From positions 178,374,001-178,438,000 of the forward strand of contig OZ024743.1 in NCBI GenBank assembly GCA_964016885.1: a stretch of 64,000 nucleotides of DNA, in the 5' to 3' direction. Within the stretch, counting starts at the first letter, position 1. Each line of letters begins with the position of its first letter. The DNA is from Eledone cirrhosa (lineage: Eukaryota). A model generated the notes under the pieces. That model did no database searches. It was given only the letters and a program-made list of their open reading frames with translations, and was not told where the DNA came from. The position numbers and the translations under genes are program-made. Positions 1 to 12,068 of the stretch are shown here, piece by piece.

Positions 1-236
1 TTCATTTCACTGATGCTGCAGACAATGGTGTTGTTGTTGTAGTCGTTCGGTTGAAATCTTGAAATTTGGTCGCTTCGCGTGTGATATATACACATACATA
101 TATATACACATGTATATATACATACATACACACACATTCAACACACAGACAATGATGTTGTTGTTGCTGTTGTTGTAGTTGTTGTTGTTGTAGTTGTAGT
201 TGTTGTTGAGGTGTTGAAATATGGTCGCATCAACTG

Positions 237-267
<31 letters not shown>

Positions 268-1272
268 TGGTGGCTGCCAACTCGTTTTCGAGTACGGCCA
301 CTACTTTATATCCATGTAGGAGAACCCCTACCGATGCGCTAAACAAGTGTGACTTTTAGTCCAGCCAGCGACTTGAAAACTCTGGTACAAACACTACACC
401 TGTGACAATTATTGACACATAGTGTTGGGCCCTTGGTACCATGTGACGACAAGTGTAGAGAGATCTCCAGATATAAAGCAATGCCTGTGCCGTGAAGCTT
501 TTATAGTGAGCAAAGGCACTGCACAAAGCCAGTCCCACTCTCTTAACCCAAGATGATATTTACCAAAAAGAAGAATAAGTCAACATCATTGGATACCATC
601 AGGGTTGCAGGTGTTATATCAGAGTTTTCCTTCTCCTAGAATTCTGCCTTGACAAAGGCTAAGGGGTCATCTCTCTCGGTGATTTTGGATGGCCATTAAC
701 TCTCAAGAGCTCCTTTGCCAGGTTTTGTTTTTAGTCCTGCAGGATGTCCAAAGTCACCCTCCTAACCAAGAAACCTTGGTGGGGTTGCCAGTTTAGTCGC
801 CAACGACCCGACCATGGGACAGGTTGTACTGGGATACATGTTACCAGTAGCACCAACTGGTGACCTGACATATATACACATACATACATATATACACACA
901 CATTCAACACAGAGAAAGGAGTTTAGCAACAGATCAGTGATATATATATACATACATATGTATATATACACACATTCAACACAGAGAAAGGAGTTTGGCA
1001 ACAGGTCAGACACCTTAGTGTAGATAGGGTAATGACTATATATATATAGTTCAAGGAGACAACAAACAGAGGTACAAAAGTCTTATTAGTTTCATGCTTT
1101 ATATATATATATGGGATAACAAGTTATCATTATAGGTAATCCAGTTAGAGGTTGTGAGTACTCTGTACTGTGGATAGTTTTAACGTACGGCTTTGTTTGA
1201 CTCAACAAGATGTTTCCATAGTTAGGCAGCGAGTTCGCGGGAATTCCTATGTAGGTTATAGTTGGAGTAATA

Positions 1273-1381
1273 ATAGTGAAAGAATGAAGAGTAACATGGT
1301 TGGGTGTACAACATTGATCAGGTGAGTCTATACTCACCTGATCAATGAAACCATGTTACTCTTCATTCATTCTTTCACTAT
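1273..1381. repeat. Fold-back palindrome with a 4-nt loop
   Basis: CATTGATCAGGTGAGT-ctat-ACTCACCTGATCAATG plus outer arms TAGTGAAAGAATGAAGAGTAACATGGTT and AACCATGTTACTCTTCATT...TTCTTTCACTA. Confidence 0.9.
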
Positions 1382-1803
1382 ATATATCATCATCATTTCA
1401 TCATTTCATTTTACGTCCGCCTTTTCCCTGCTTGCAAGGGTGGGATGAAAACTGATTCTGGCTTGATTTCTACAGCTGGATGCCCTTCCTAACACCAACC
1501 TCATTTACAGTGAGTGCTGGGTGCTTTTTTGCCGTGGCACCTCCACGACCACTTTGCAGTGGAATGATAGGGACCCCAGTCCCTATCATCGCATTTCTAC
1601 AGCTGAGTAAACTGGAGCAATGTGAAATAAAGTGTCTTGCTCAAGGAAACAACACAAGTTATACATACATATATACATACATACATACACAAACATATCC
1701 ACACACATGCAGTGTGGTGTGGTTGATATGATATCAATGTTGTATTGTTGTTGATAGAATTAATTATAACAAACAGCAAACATTATGAGAAATACTGCCT
1801 TAC

Positions 1804-1865
1804 TTTCATTAAATCTAGCAGGGTCAACTGTGAGGTCACGTTGTACAAATTTGAAATTCAGATCC
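1804..1865 (-). CDS. WDR93: WDR93-like coding exon 8 (62 nt, phase 2 to 1); gene continues left of the window
   Basis: ctttatttttag acceptor, (R)DLNFKFVQRDLTVDPARFNE, GTAAGG donor. Phase fits exon 7. I found no further exon in 1-1800. Confidence 0.72.
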
Positions 1866-2530
1866 CTAAAAATAAAGCAGAAATTGAAAATGGAAATTAG
1901 TTGAGGAAAATTAGAATGCATATATTGATTACTTCTAAGCCCCAGGTCAGCTCTTGGATCAAGGGTATTCCATCTGTCACAATTCTATCTTTTTCTCAAG
2001 AGCAGTACGCGACCACTACAATCACCACCACCATACTCAATAAAAACATAAATACATGTTAACGAAACTTCATTTTTTCTTATATATATAAGAAAAAAAT
2101 CACCTTTTTATGTCCATTTTCCATATTAGCATGGGTTAGATGACAAGATATATATATGTATATATGAGGGATTGCCATGGACTGCTGGATTGCTTATCCA
2201 GTAGTGATGGCTAACTCACACTGCACGGACCTATCAAATGATTTGGGCAACCTGCTGAAGACGTGTAATAGCCCGATTACGTAAATGTCTGTTAATTTTG
2301 CATGATTTGCTGAACATAGCAGATGTAATATCTGCATTTGTAGAGTTATATTACACAGAAATGATGTCATCCAGGAAAAGAGATATTTACATGTATCTCT
2401 ACCTAAACTGTTAACTAAATGTGTTCACTCTGAACAGTTGATTGCAGCTGCACTACTAAAATTCGCCAGATTCATTGAATGAGCCAGACGCTGAAGTTAT
2501 ACCAGTGATCTTTGTTACTTTTATTATATA

Positions 2531-3277
2531 CTAGACCACCCATAACCCGTTGGGTCACGTTTGCTTCAAAATATTTTTTTTAAATCATGTTCACTTAAAA
2601 ATAATTTTTAAATAATTAAAATATACACAGACATGTATATAAAGTGAAATGAAACTGGCCCATATATATATACACGTGTGTATGTATATATAAATGTGTG
2701 TGTGTGTATACATATATAATTCCGACCTCACACACTTACACCTCTCCAAGAGAATGTCACTGGGCCGAGATCTTTGGCGCTACACAGTAATACAGAAGAC
2801 CCATCTTACCTAAGTACAAAGCGAAACCTACAGTCAGTAGGCACCTCTTAACAAAAGTACCCCCAGTCCCCATCCCACTACCCCCACCCCATCCACACCA
2901 CCCCTTTCGATGTAAAGTTATGTTGGTACCACAACATCCAGTCCGAAACAATTGAGGTCGTGTAGGTGTCACGACAAAAAAACACACAGTCCACGCTGTA
3001 ATATGACCGTGTAGGTAACACGGTAAAAAGGTCCCAGTCCAAACTGTAAACGTGGTTGGTGTTAGGAAGGGCATCCAGCCGTAGAAAACCCACCAGACAG
3101 TCCTATACGAGCAAGACAACCAATCTTGCCTCAAGTGGGAAAATTCCCGTCCAAACCCATGCAAGCGTGGAAGATGGACGTTAAACGATGATGATGTGTG
3201 CGTATATATATGTGGGTGTCTGTGATCTATACACACTGATCATAGACACACACACACGTATATATATATATATAAAT
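2531..3277 (-). mobile_element. Second copy of the 61840 Helitron family, split by an RTE tail
   Basis: 2531-2700 matches 61840-62010, and 3205-3260 matches 62185-62235. Confidence 0.8.
2718..3196 (+). mobile_element. RTE 3' end fragment nested in a Helitron
   Basis: Closely matches the reverse complement of about 6200-6680; ends GGACGTTAAACGATGATGATG. Confidence 0.9.
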
Positions 3278-4084
3278 CTTGCACATTTTCATCACCACGA
3301 TTTAACGTCCATTTATCCACACCAGCATGGGTTAGATGGGTTGTCAAGATGTGAGACAAGCCAGGGTCAATGACCATGTCTTGCTCATACAAGACTGGTT
3401 TTTGCTAGGTTTCTACAGCTGGATACCCTTCCTAACACCAACCTACATGACCACTTTACAGAGTGAACTAGGTGTTTTTTGTCATGACTCCAACATGACT
3501 ACTTTACAGTGTGTACTGGGCACTGTTTTAAATGCCATATATGGTAAATTATTCACTTATTGAAACTATACTCTCAGACAAAACAAAGAAACAAAAATCA
3601 AGTGGCTATAGTTAGCAACTGTGAAGGGGCAAGGAGGATGATTTCTATGAATCAAAACCTTTTGTAATTGTGATGACCTGTCCAGCCCTTGCTAGCATAG
3701 AAAACAGATGTTATTTGATGACGATGGACGAGGATGATGATGATGATGATGATGAGGATGGTGATAAAATTATATATATACTACCGTATGTGTATATGGA
3801 TACTTAATTTATCACCTGTGGAAGGATGAAAGCTAAAGTTCACCTGAGCAGGATTTCAACTCAAAAATATCCCTAAATACAGCAAGGTATTTTATCTGAC
3901 AATTTACTAATTATGTCACCCTATTTATATTTTTCCATGAGATATTTGTTTTCAGCCCTTCAAAGAATGTGTTTAAATTCCTAAGGGACCGTTTCATTTC
4001 TCTGTTATTTTATATTAAGCACCAAACATGTTCTAAGATGAATCTGATTAAAAAAAAACTTGTTCTGGGGCAAATTTGTTCGAA

Positions 4085-4480
4085 ACATACCATCTAGAAA
4101 TATAGTAAATATGAGGTGTCAGACGATGCCAGTGAGGGTGCTCAGTTGTTTCAGTGTCTTTGCCTCACCATCACCTAACCTTACATAGGTGTCAGGTGAT
4201 GCCTCTGAGGGTGTCTGGTTGTTTCAGCACCTTAGCCTCACCATCACCTGTGGTAATGTTGCAAGCGTGTTGGCTTGTCACAAAATGTTCCGTTGACTCT
4301 TATAATGTCCCCACATTTGGTGGGGATTTGAGGGTCATTTTCCTTTTTGCTTTTCCCCCCTCTTTTTGTGTATTTTATTTGTGAAGTTCCTAGCAATAAT
4401 TAATAGTATTTTTTATGTGTTTATATTTTCATTCAGTAAGGATTTGTAATGCTATTTATATAACTCTGAATAATAAAGAT
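4085..4480 (+). mobile_element. CRE-like 3' fragment and 3' UTR; related pieces at 30337-30540, 32412-32645, 33305-33490, and decayed RLE-coding pieces at about 32680-32890 and 34360-34600
   Basis: GGTGATGCC...TGGTTGTTTCAGCACCTTAGCCTCACCATCACC.GTGGTAATG matches the 36420-36520 element. The shared UTR (AATGTTGC.AGCGTGTTGGC...CACTTGGTGG...TTGTGAGGTTCCTAGCAATAATTAAT) recurs at the listed sites. Confidence 0.65.
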
Positions 4481-4540
4481 AATTATGAATGAAAGAAAAG
4501 ATGAAAATAGACACATGTGGGCTTTTTATATTTTGATTAC

Positions 4541-4718
4541 CTTTGTAGACTTTCTTTTTCTGGGAGATATTGCATCAAATCAGAATAATTATACCGGAAA
4601 AAAGATGCCCTAGCTTCAAAGTAATTCTTAGAGAGTAAGTGGGAATAGCCAGAACCAATTACATCTCCAGTGCTGTCAACTAACTTGGAGGCCTGATATA
4701 AGTTGGCAATTCGGCAAG
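4541..4718 (-). CDS. WDR93: WDR93-like coding exon 7 (178 nt, phase 1 to 2)
   Basis: atcttttgcag acceptor, (A)CRIANLYQASKLVDSTGDVIGSGYSHLLSKNYFEARASFFRYNYSDLMQYLPEKESLQ, GTAATC donor. IGSGYSHLL resembles LGSGQNHFI. Confidence 0.87.
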
Positions 4719-4999
4719 CTGCAAAAGATATAACACATATCACAATATAATGATCCAACTGATATGATATTGAAATGATATTGAAGAAGATATTGATATG
4801 ATATTGAAGAAGACAAAACAGTTCACACTACTCTAATATTTACTTTGTTCATTAAAAGATAATGTGATGTAGAAGAGAAAGAGGCCAATGACAGTAAAAG
4901 CAATATATATAAGTAAAAGAAGAGAGAGTATGATGGGAGTAACTGAGTTTTTGAGCAATAAGGGAACAATAGAGCCCAGCAGACAGATTATTGAATGTC

Positions 5000-5510
5000 A
5001 GGGCCTTTCAAAAGCTTTTTCCAGATCAACAAATACTTGGTAGAGGGTCTTTTTCTTAGCTACGTAGCCCTTCTGCAACTCTCTCACAAGGAAAAAACCA
5101 AACTGTACATCATTAATGTTAATTCTATCCCAAATTATTTATGTAGTAACTTTCGTGTCTTGATCCATAACTTGATGCTTCTGTAATCTTCTTTGTTCAG
5201 TGCATCACCTTAGCCATCATAGTAGTTGATGATGATGCTACGCTAGTCATTAGGTATGACACTGTCCTGTATTACTTGATTTATTATGTGCATAGATAGC
5301 AAGTGCCCCACCAAACAAGATCAGTATAGCATTTCAGCTACAACCCAGATGGTCCAGCTGCTTTGCCTATCTTCATATCCTTTACTTACTACATTGCTGC
5401 TAACTTGGATGGTTGGTCATAATGACACTTCCATACTTCTTTCTCCTCCATGTCTGTGACGGCATATGTGCCACTGTCATTTCAGCAGTATTTCTCCCCA
5501 CCAATACCTT
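5000..5510 (-). mobile_element. Decayed internal RTE fragment
   Basis: Minus strand retains ATGAAGATAGGCAAAGCAGCTGGACC, AGCATCATCATCAACT and TTTGTTGATCTGGAAAAAGCTTTTGA, matching the RT region of the larger copies. Confidence 0.7.
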
Positions 5511-6199
5511 GATTTTCCGTCAAGAGCCTCGTGGGAATAAGTGGGTGAAGAAAATCTATTTAGTGATTCTTTCATCAAAGCTTTGTAAAATACAGTGAAG
5601 TTTGATGATGTCATAATAATACAAAAAGGGGATTGTACTGAAATATTTTAAACAAAACTTCTTTACCAGCATGCATGAGCTTATAGTTTGTCATCTAGCA
5701 TGACAACATCCTTCAGACAAACAGGATTTTAATGTGGTATGTAAACCAACAAACTATTTTTTTAAATTATATATTTTTAAAAACATAGAGTGGATGTGTC
5801 AGTTGAAATGGGGTTCCTCCAAAGGATCTTCGGAGTAATGTTACTTGATAGACTGCATAGCAAGATGGTTGGATAACATCCATAAGCTTGGCTGGTCTTG
5901 CTTGGAGATTAAGCTGGATCAGTTGGAGACTTGCTTCTGACATGACCCGCTGGAAGGAGTATTGAGGACTCTGCCCCACTACCCTCTTAAAAAAAAGAAA
6001 AAGAAAAGGCAAAAAGAAGAAAAAGAAAAAAAGAAGAAAAAGAAGAAAAAAGAAAAAGAAGAAGAAAAATTTTAGTATTTAGTCTCTCAGCACACAACAC
6101 ACATATATGCTCACATAAATACACACATGAATATACATACGCACATGCACATACACACATGCCACACTATGGTCCAGTCCCTACACACCATACATCAAA

Positions 6200-9100
6200 A
6201 CATCATCATCATCATCATCGTTTAACATCCATCTTCCACGCTAGCATGGGTTTGGACGGGAATTTCCCCACTTGAGGCAAGATTGGTTGTCTTGCTCGTA
6301 TAGGACTGTCTGGCGGGTTTTCTACGGCTGGCTGCCCTTCCTAACACCAACCATGTTTACAGTGTGGACTGGGAGGTTTTTACTGTGTTACCTGCACGGC
6401 CACATTACAGCATGGACTGTGTTTTTCTGTTGTGACACCTACACGACCTCATTTGTTTCGGACTGGATGTTGTGGTACCAACATAACTTTACATTTAGGG
6501 GGGGGGGGGATGGGGGGTAGTGGGATGGGGACTGGGGGTACTTTTGTTAAGAGGTGCCTACTGACTGTAGGTTTCGCTTTGTACTTAGGCAAGGCGAGTC
6601 TTCTCTATGACTGTGTAGGGCCAAAGATCTCGGTCCAGTGACATTGTCTTGGAGAGGTGTAAGTGTGTGAGGTCGGAATTTATCAAGTCGTCCCAGGTTT
6701 TTCTGGGCCTGCCTACTCCGTGGCTAACGTCTATTTTTATCGCCCTGCACTTTTTTATACAGCTGTCGTCTTTCATGCGCATCACGTAACCATACCAACG
6801 TAGTCTTCTCTCGAGTAAACAACATCTGATCCCTCTTATTCCTAATTTCTCCCTTAGTTCATGTATGCTTTGCCGTTCACGTATATTACTATTACACATC
6901 CAACGAAGCATGCAAGCTTCGTTCCTCTCCAGTCTGCGTATATCCTCTGCACACAATGCCCCAGTCTCACTGCCATGTAACATTGCTGTTCGTATGCAGG
7001 CATCATACAACCTGCCTTTCATTTTTAGAGAGAACCCTTTAGCGGCCAATGGTATAAGCTCTCTGAACTTTTTCCATCCCGTTCTGACTCTAGCTACTAT
7101 ACTTTCAGAGCACCCTTCACCACTGCTGATTTTGTCACCCAGGTAACGGAAAGTGTCCACTATTTCTATAGAACCATTTGTGCACTGGAATGAGCTAGTA
7201 TTCTGTGGGCACTTGCTGCTACTTATTGCACCTGAGCACCGGCCACATATAAAATCTATATTCTTAGTTAGCTTACCTGTGATCCCACTACATCTTTTAT
7301 GTACCCATACTTTGCATTTGGGACATAAAATGGAGATTCTGCCTACACCTTCCCTACACACTGAGCATGGCCATTTCCCAGATGGGACCAGTGCCCTATT
7401 TTCCTTCCTACATACTAGAACTTTAGTCTTAGACAGGTTAATTTTAAGGCCTTTGGATTCTAGGCCATGCTTCCATGTTTGGAATTTCTTCTCTAGTTCA
7501 GCCATTGATTCAGCTATGAGAGATAGATCATCTACGTATAGGAGTTGCCATGGGCAGCCGGTCTTGAACTCCACTGTTATAGCCTGAAGAGCAATAATAA
7601 ATAGTAGGGAGCTAAGAACGGAGCCCTGATGAACACCAACTTTTACGCTAAACTCTTCACTATATTCGTTGTTAATTCTAACCTTGCTGACTGTTTCTTT
7701 ATACATGGCTTGTATAGCTCTCACAAGCCATTCATCAACACCTAGTTTTCTAAGAGACCACCAGATAATGGAGCAGGGGACTCTGTCAAAGGCTTTCTCC
7801 ATGTCAACAAAAGCTAAGTATAGGGGTTTACTTTTAGCTAGGTACTTCTCCTGTAGTTGTCGTACAATGAAAAGAGCGTCTGTGGTACTTTTACCTGACA
7901 CAAACCCAAACTGCATTTCATCTAGATCAATTCGCTCTCTGATTAGTTGCGCTATTACTTTTTCTGTGACCTTCATGACCTGGTCAATTAATTTAATGCC
8001 TCTATAGTTTCACCTATCTAGGGCATCTCCTTTACCCTTGTAGCAGTTAATGATGTTGCTGCTACGCCAGTCCTTCGGAACGACCCCATTCTGTATGACT
8101 TGGTTTACTATCCGGGTGACCATAGTGTGTCCCACCGTTCCAGATGCTTTCAACATTTCAGCAACTACTTCCGAAGGCCCAGCCGCCTTGCCTGTCTTCA
8201 TATCTTTGATCGCCTTACTTATTATACTACCTTCAACTTGCACTGCTGGTCCCTCTATTGGAACGATGTGGGGGAGACTGTCTTTCTCCCAATTATTCTC
8301 CTCATTTAGTAGCCTTTCGTAGTGACACTTCCAAGCTACCTTCTTATCAGCATCAGTGATGGCAAGTACACCATCATCATTAAAGATACACTTCTCCCCG
8401 ACAATATCACAGTTTTCCTTGACACATTGCCTACCAATCCTGAACACCACGTTTTTGTCCTCGCATTGTAGAACATGCTTGAACTTTCTTTCCTCTGCTT
8501 CCCTTCTTGCGAAGTACACTTGTCTCCTAGCTTCCCTCCTGGCCACTTGATAGTCTTCTCTACTTCCCCCATCCCGTCATGCTTTCCAAGCCTGCTTTTT
8601 GGCCTTGATTGACTCCTCCACCTTACTGTTCCACCACCAAGTTACTCTCCTCCTGCCTATAGGTCTGCTCCAGGCACAGATTTCATCTGCCGCCTTAAGC
8701 AGGTTAGCTTTCAGGAATTCCCACTGTTCCTCTATATTGTACGACTCTAATTGCTCTTCCTTACTATCAAAAGCATCAAGTAATATGCTTTTAAATTTAT
8801 TACTGGCTGTGGGGTCCTTTAGCTTCCATATTTTTCTCCTGAGGATAGTCCTCTTCTGTTGTCGAGTATGTCTCGTCCTGACTATGAGATCACTAATTAT
8901 GAGTCTATGTTGGGAGGTGCATTCTTCATGGGGGAGGGATTTACTGTTTACAACAGACACTCTGTCACGTCTTCTGGTAAGGATATAATCTATCTGGCTG
9001 GTGTGTTCCCCTGATCTATAGGTGATCAAGTGATTGTCTCGTTTTTTGAAGTTTGTGTTACAGATAGTTAGGTTATTTGCGTCACAGAATTCCAGGATTC

Positions 9101-9900
9101 TGGAGCCTTCCTCATTTCTAGTATCAAACCCATAGCCTCCATGGATTCCGTCATAGCCGTCACAGTGTTGTCCAACATGACCATTTAGGTCGCCAGCGAT
9201 AATTATGTAGTCACTGTCAGTTATTTGGGAGGTAGTGAGCATTAACGACTCATAGAATCTGTCTTTTATAACACCAGGCAGTCCGGATTGGGGTGCATAT
9301 GCAGATATAATTGTAACAGTAGTTCTATTGAGGACAAGTCTTATTTTAATTATTCTGTCGTTCACTCTATTTACGTCTATTATCTTATCTGCCCTCTTTT
9401 CTGCTACCATGATTCCTACTCCACCCAGCCCATTGTCATTTCCCACCCAGAAAAGCTAATAGCACCGTTCTTTACCCACAATGAATCTAGCAGACCCACC
9501 CCTCCATCTGGTCTCTTGAATACAGCAAACATCGACCTCCTTACGTTCAAGCATTTCTACAACCTCTTTAGAGCGGCCTTTTAAGGTGCCTACATTCATG
9601 GTACCAACTCTGAAGTTTTGGATTGCGTTTGGAGGGTGGGAACAGTGGGTCGCAGGAGGGGGGGGGGGGGTTATGTTAGCCATCCGCGGCTGAAATAAAG
9701 AGGAGGAATCCTTGCATTCTCGTCCGGCAGCATGAGGTAAATTTGTCTTTATCTTTGGCATTGTCACTGAGTGTCCAGATTTTTTCTTTTCAAACTCTCC
9801 AGAATTCCATAGTCCATCCATCATATTGAAAGACAACCAGGTCTAAACTTAAGAAGTGATAGCATAGGCCGCTGACTTATGATTAGTCCACGTAATAATG
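6200..9900 (-). mobile_element. RTE-clade LINE, near full length, disrupted (APE endonuclease, RT, internal PHD finger, (GAT)n tail)
   Basis: ORF pieces 9456-9836, 8577-9446, 8010-8546 and 6585-7976 carry GTMNVGTL, IQETRW, SAYAPQ, AGDLNGHVG, SQIDYIL, FVDMEKAFDRV, GVHQGSVLS and YVDD. Frameshifts and a stop separate them. The 3' UTR ends GTTAAAC(GAT)n near 6200. Confidence 0.95.
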
Positions 9901-10163
9901 GTAGTGAGTGGGGGCGGGTGGGAGGGATATGGGGTTGTTAGCGAGAAGGTTTAAATAAAATCCTCAAATTTTTGGGCATAATTGAAGAAGTATATATAAC
10001 AGTAATAAGAGAAGAATTATGGGAATTTAAAAAATACAAGAAGATTGTTTTGAACAATCAGACAGAATGATTGAATAGCATTGAAAAAGCAAAGATTGGA
10101 TTCTGGACGAAATGATACAGATAGATGAATGGACCGGAGAAAAAATGGAGAGAAGAGTAAAGA

Positions 10164-10354
10164 AATAACTGTTTCTACTTTTGGCACAAGGCCAGCAATT
10201 ACCCAGTACATTACTGGTACTTTATTTTATCGACCCCGTAAGGATGAAAGGCAAAGTTAACCTTGACGGGATTTGAACTCAGACCATAAAGGGACGTAAC
10301 TATGCTGGAAAGCATGGCGTCCGACTCTCTACCGATACTGCCAATCCACCGCCC
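10164..10354 (-). mobile_element. ~190-bp tRNA-derived SINE with MetaSINE-like core
   Basis: GGGCGGTGGATTGGCAGTATCGGTAGAG head, GAGTTCAAATCCCG B box, GCCTTTCATCCTTACGGGGTCGATAAAATAAAGTACC core. Confidence 0.9.
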
Positions 10355-10865
10355 AAATGACTGTATCTTGCTCATACAGAACTGTTTCTGGTTTGGTTTC
10401 TATGGCTGGATGCCCTTCCTAACGCCAATCACATTTACAGTTTAGGCTGGGACGTAAGTGGCGATTGGGGTACATCTAAGGACATGGGTGAGGGGTAAAG
10501 AAATTAGTGAGGGGTAAAGAAATTAGTGAAGAGTAAAGAAATAACATTTGTACGTTACATTTCTCCGAGCGAGCCTAGCCTGAAAAGGGGTTGACGAATT
10601 CTGAGTTTCGTACTCGCTACAGGTTTATTTTATATTTGGAGAGAGAGGAAGGGATTGAGAAAGAACCAGCAGGATATAGGGAGGTATGTTCCATAAATGG
10701 TAAGACCCCACACACGCACCACACCGCACACACATACTACAGTTCAGTCCCTAAACACCATGTCACCAAATGTGTTCCATAGATGGTAACACCACACATA
10801 CAAACACACATATTTATACATAAAATGTAGGTATATATATATATGAATATACACATATTTGTTAC

Positions 10866-10935
10866 CTTGTGGTACAGAAGGGCTTGAGATTCTTAAGAAT
10901 GAAGTCTCATTACTTGCAGAGATATCTGTAGCAAT
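10866..10935 (-). CDS. WDR93: WDR93-like coding exon 6 (70 nt, phase 0 to 1)
   Basis: ttatcttctaccag acceptor, IATDISASNETSFLRISSPSVPQ, GTAAC donor. Bridges the phases of exons 5 and 7; FLRISSPSVP resembles IMKIKPPKPV. Confidence 0.75.
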
Positions 10936-11262
10936 CTGGTAGAAGATAAAATATGGAGTAAATACAAGGATATGTTTTATAACCGTTCATATCTAAGGTG
11001 GTTGTTTCTTTGACTAAACATTTCATAAGACATTCATTATCACTGTCTTATGGTCATCTACCATGTTAGCATGGGTTGCACAGGTCATCAAATTCTGAAA
11101 CTAGACAGGTCACATGACTGTATTTTTTTGTTTATATATTCCACCTAGATGTCATACCCTGATTGGACCAACAATTTGTAGTGTGTCTTGATGGGGCAAT
11201 TGTTCTCTCTCTCTGATCAATTGTTCTCTCTCTCTCTCTGTATGTGTGTATATATATATATA

Positions 11263-11600
11263 TCATCATCATCATCATTTAATGTCCATTTTCCACGATA
11301 GCACAGGTTAGGCGGGTTGCCCCTTTGTGAGACAAGCCAGGACAGATGACTGGGTCTTGCTCATACAGAACTGTTTCTGGCTTGGTTTCTATGGCTGGAT
11401 GCCCTTCCTAACACCAACCACATTTACAGTGTGTTCTGGGAGCTTTTTGTTGTGACACCTACATGACCACTTTACAGTGTGAACTGGGTGCTTTTTGTTG
11501 TGACACCTACACGATCACTTTACTGTGTGGGCAAGGCACTTATTGTTGTGACACTTACACGACCACTTTACATTGTGGGCTGGGTGCTTACAGGAGAGGG
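11263..11600 (-). mobile_element. RTE-type 3' tail element with internal ~36-bp tandem repeats
   Basis: (CAT)n tail, GGATGCCCTTCCTAACACCAACC, and about four units of ACCACTTTACAGTGTG..CTGGGTGCTTTTTGTTGTGACACCTAC. Confidence 0.8.
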
Positions 11601-11745
11601 CTAAGGACAGATCTAGCAAAGAACTCTCAAATGGCAACAATGTTTTTTTCTATCAACTTGAATCCAATAAAATATCTTACTTCATTCTTAAAATAAAAAT
11701 TAGAATTTGTGTATAAGAAACATGACTATCATAGAATAGTCTTAC

Positions 11746-11840
11746 CTGACATGATGAGGTTTTGGGTTCAAATTGGTCAAACAAATTGTTAACTGAAAGT
11801 TTGTAAATATCCAAGTAAGTCTCTTTCCCTACAACACTAC
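11746..11840 (-). CDS. WDR93: WDR93-like coding exon 5 (95 nt, phase 1 to 0)
   Basis: tttttctgacag acceptor, (G)SVVGKETYLDIYKLSVNNLFDQFEPKTSSCQ, GTAAGA donor. YLDIYKL matches recalled WLDVYKL. Confidence 0.87.
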
Positions 11841-11889
11841 CTGTCAGAAAAAAATGGAAGGAAATTTAAGAACCTATGTTTTGTATACA

Positions 11890-12068
11890 AAAGAATGTGA
11901 TGTCAATGGTGTTGACTAACTTTATAGGATGTCAATAAATATATGAAAGAGTGTGATAACAAATGGTGTTGACTAGTTTTATAGCATGTCAATAATTATA
12001 TTAAAGAGTGTGATATCAATGATATCAAATGGTGTTGATTAGTTTTATAGGATGTCAATAATTATAGC
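11890..12068. repeat. Three ~58-bp tandem units just upstream of the exon 5 acceptor
   Basis: AGAGTGTGAT..CAAATGGTGTTGACTAGTTTTATAGGATGTCAATAATTATA, three copies. Confidence 0.85.

Noticed and set aside
270-870. GC-richer block that might hold a further WDR93 exon
   Set aside because: No phase-1 exon resembling the expected next WDR93 segment; looks like a retroelement untranslated region, family not assignable.
6865-9584. Plus-strand ORFs of 90-144 aa overlapping the RTE
   Set aside because: Antisense shadows of the LINE coding frame.
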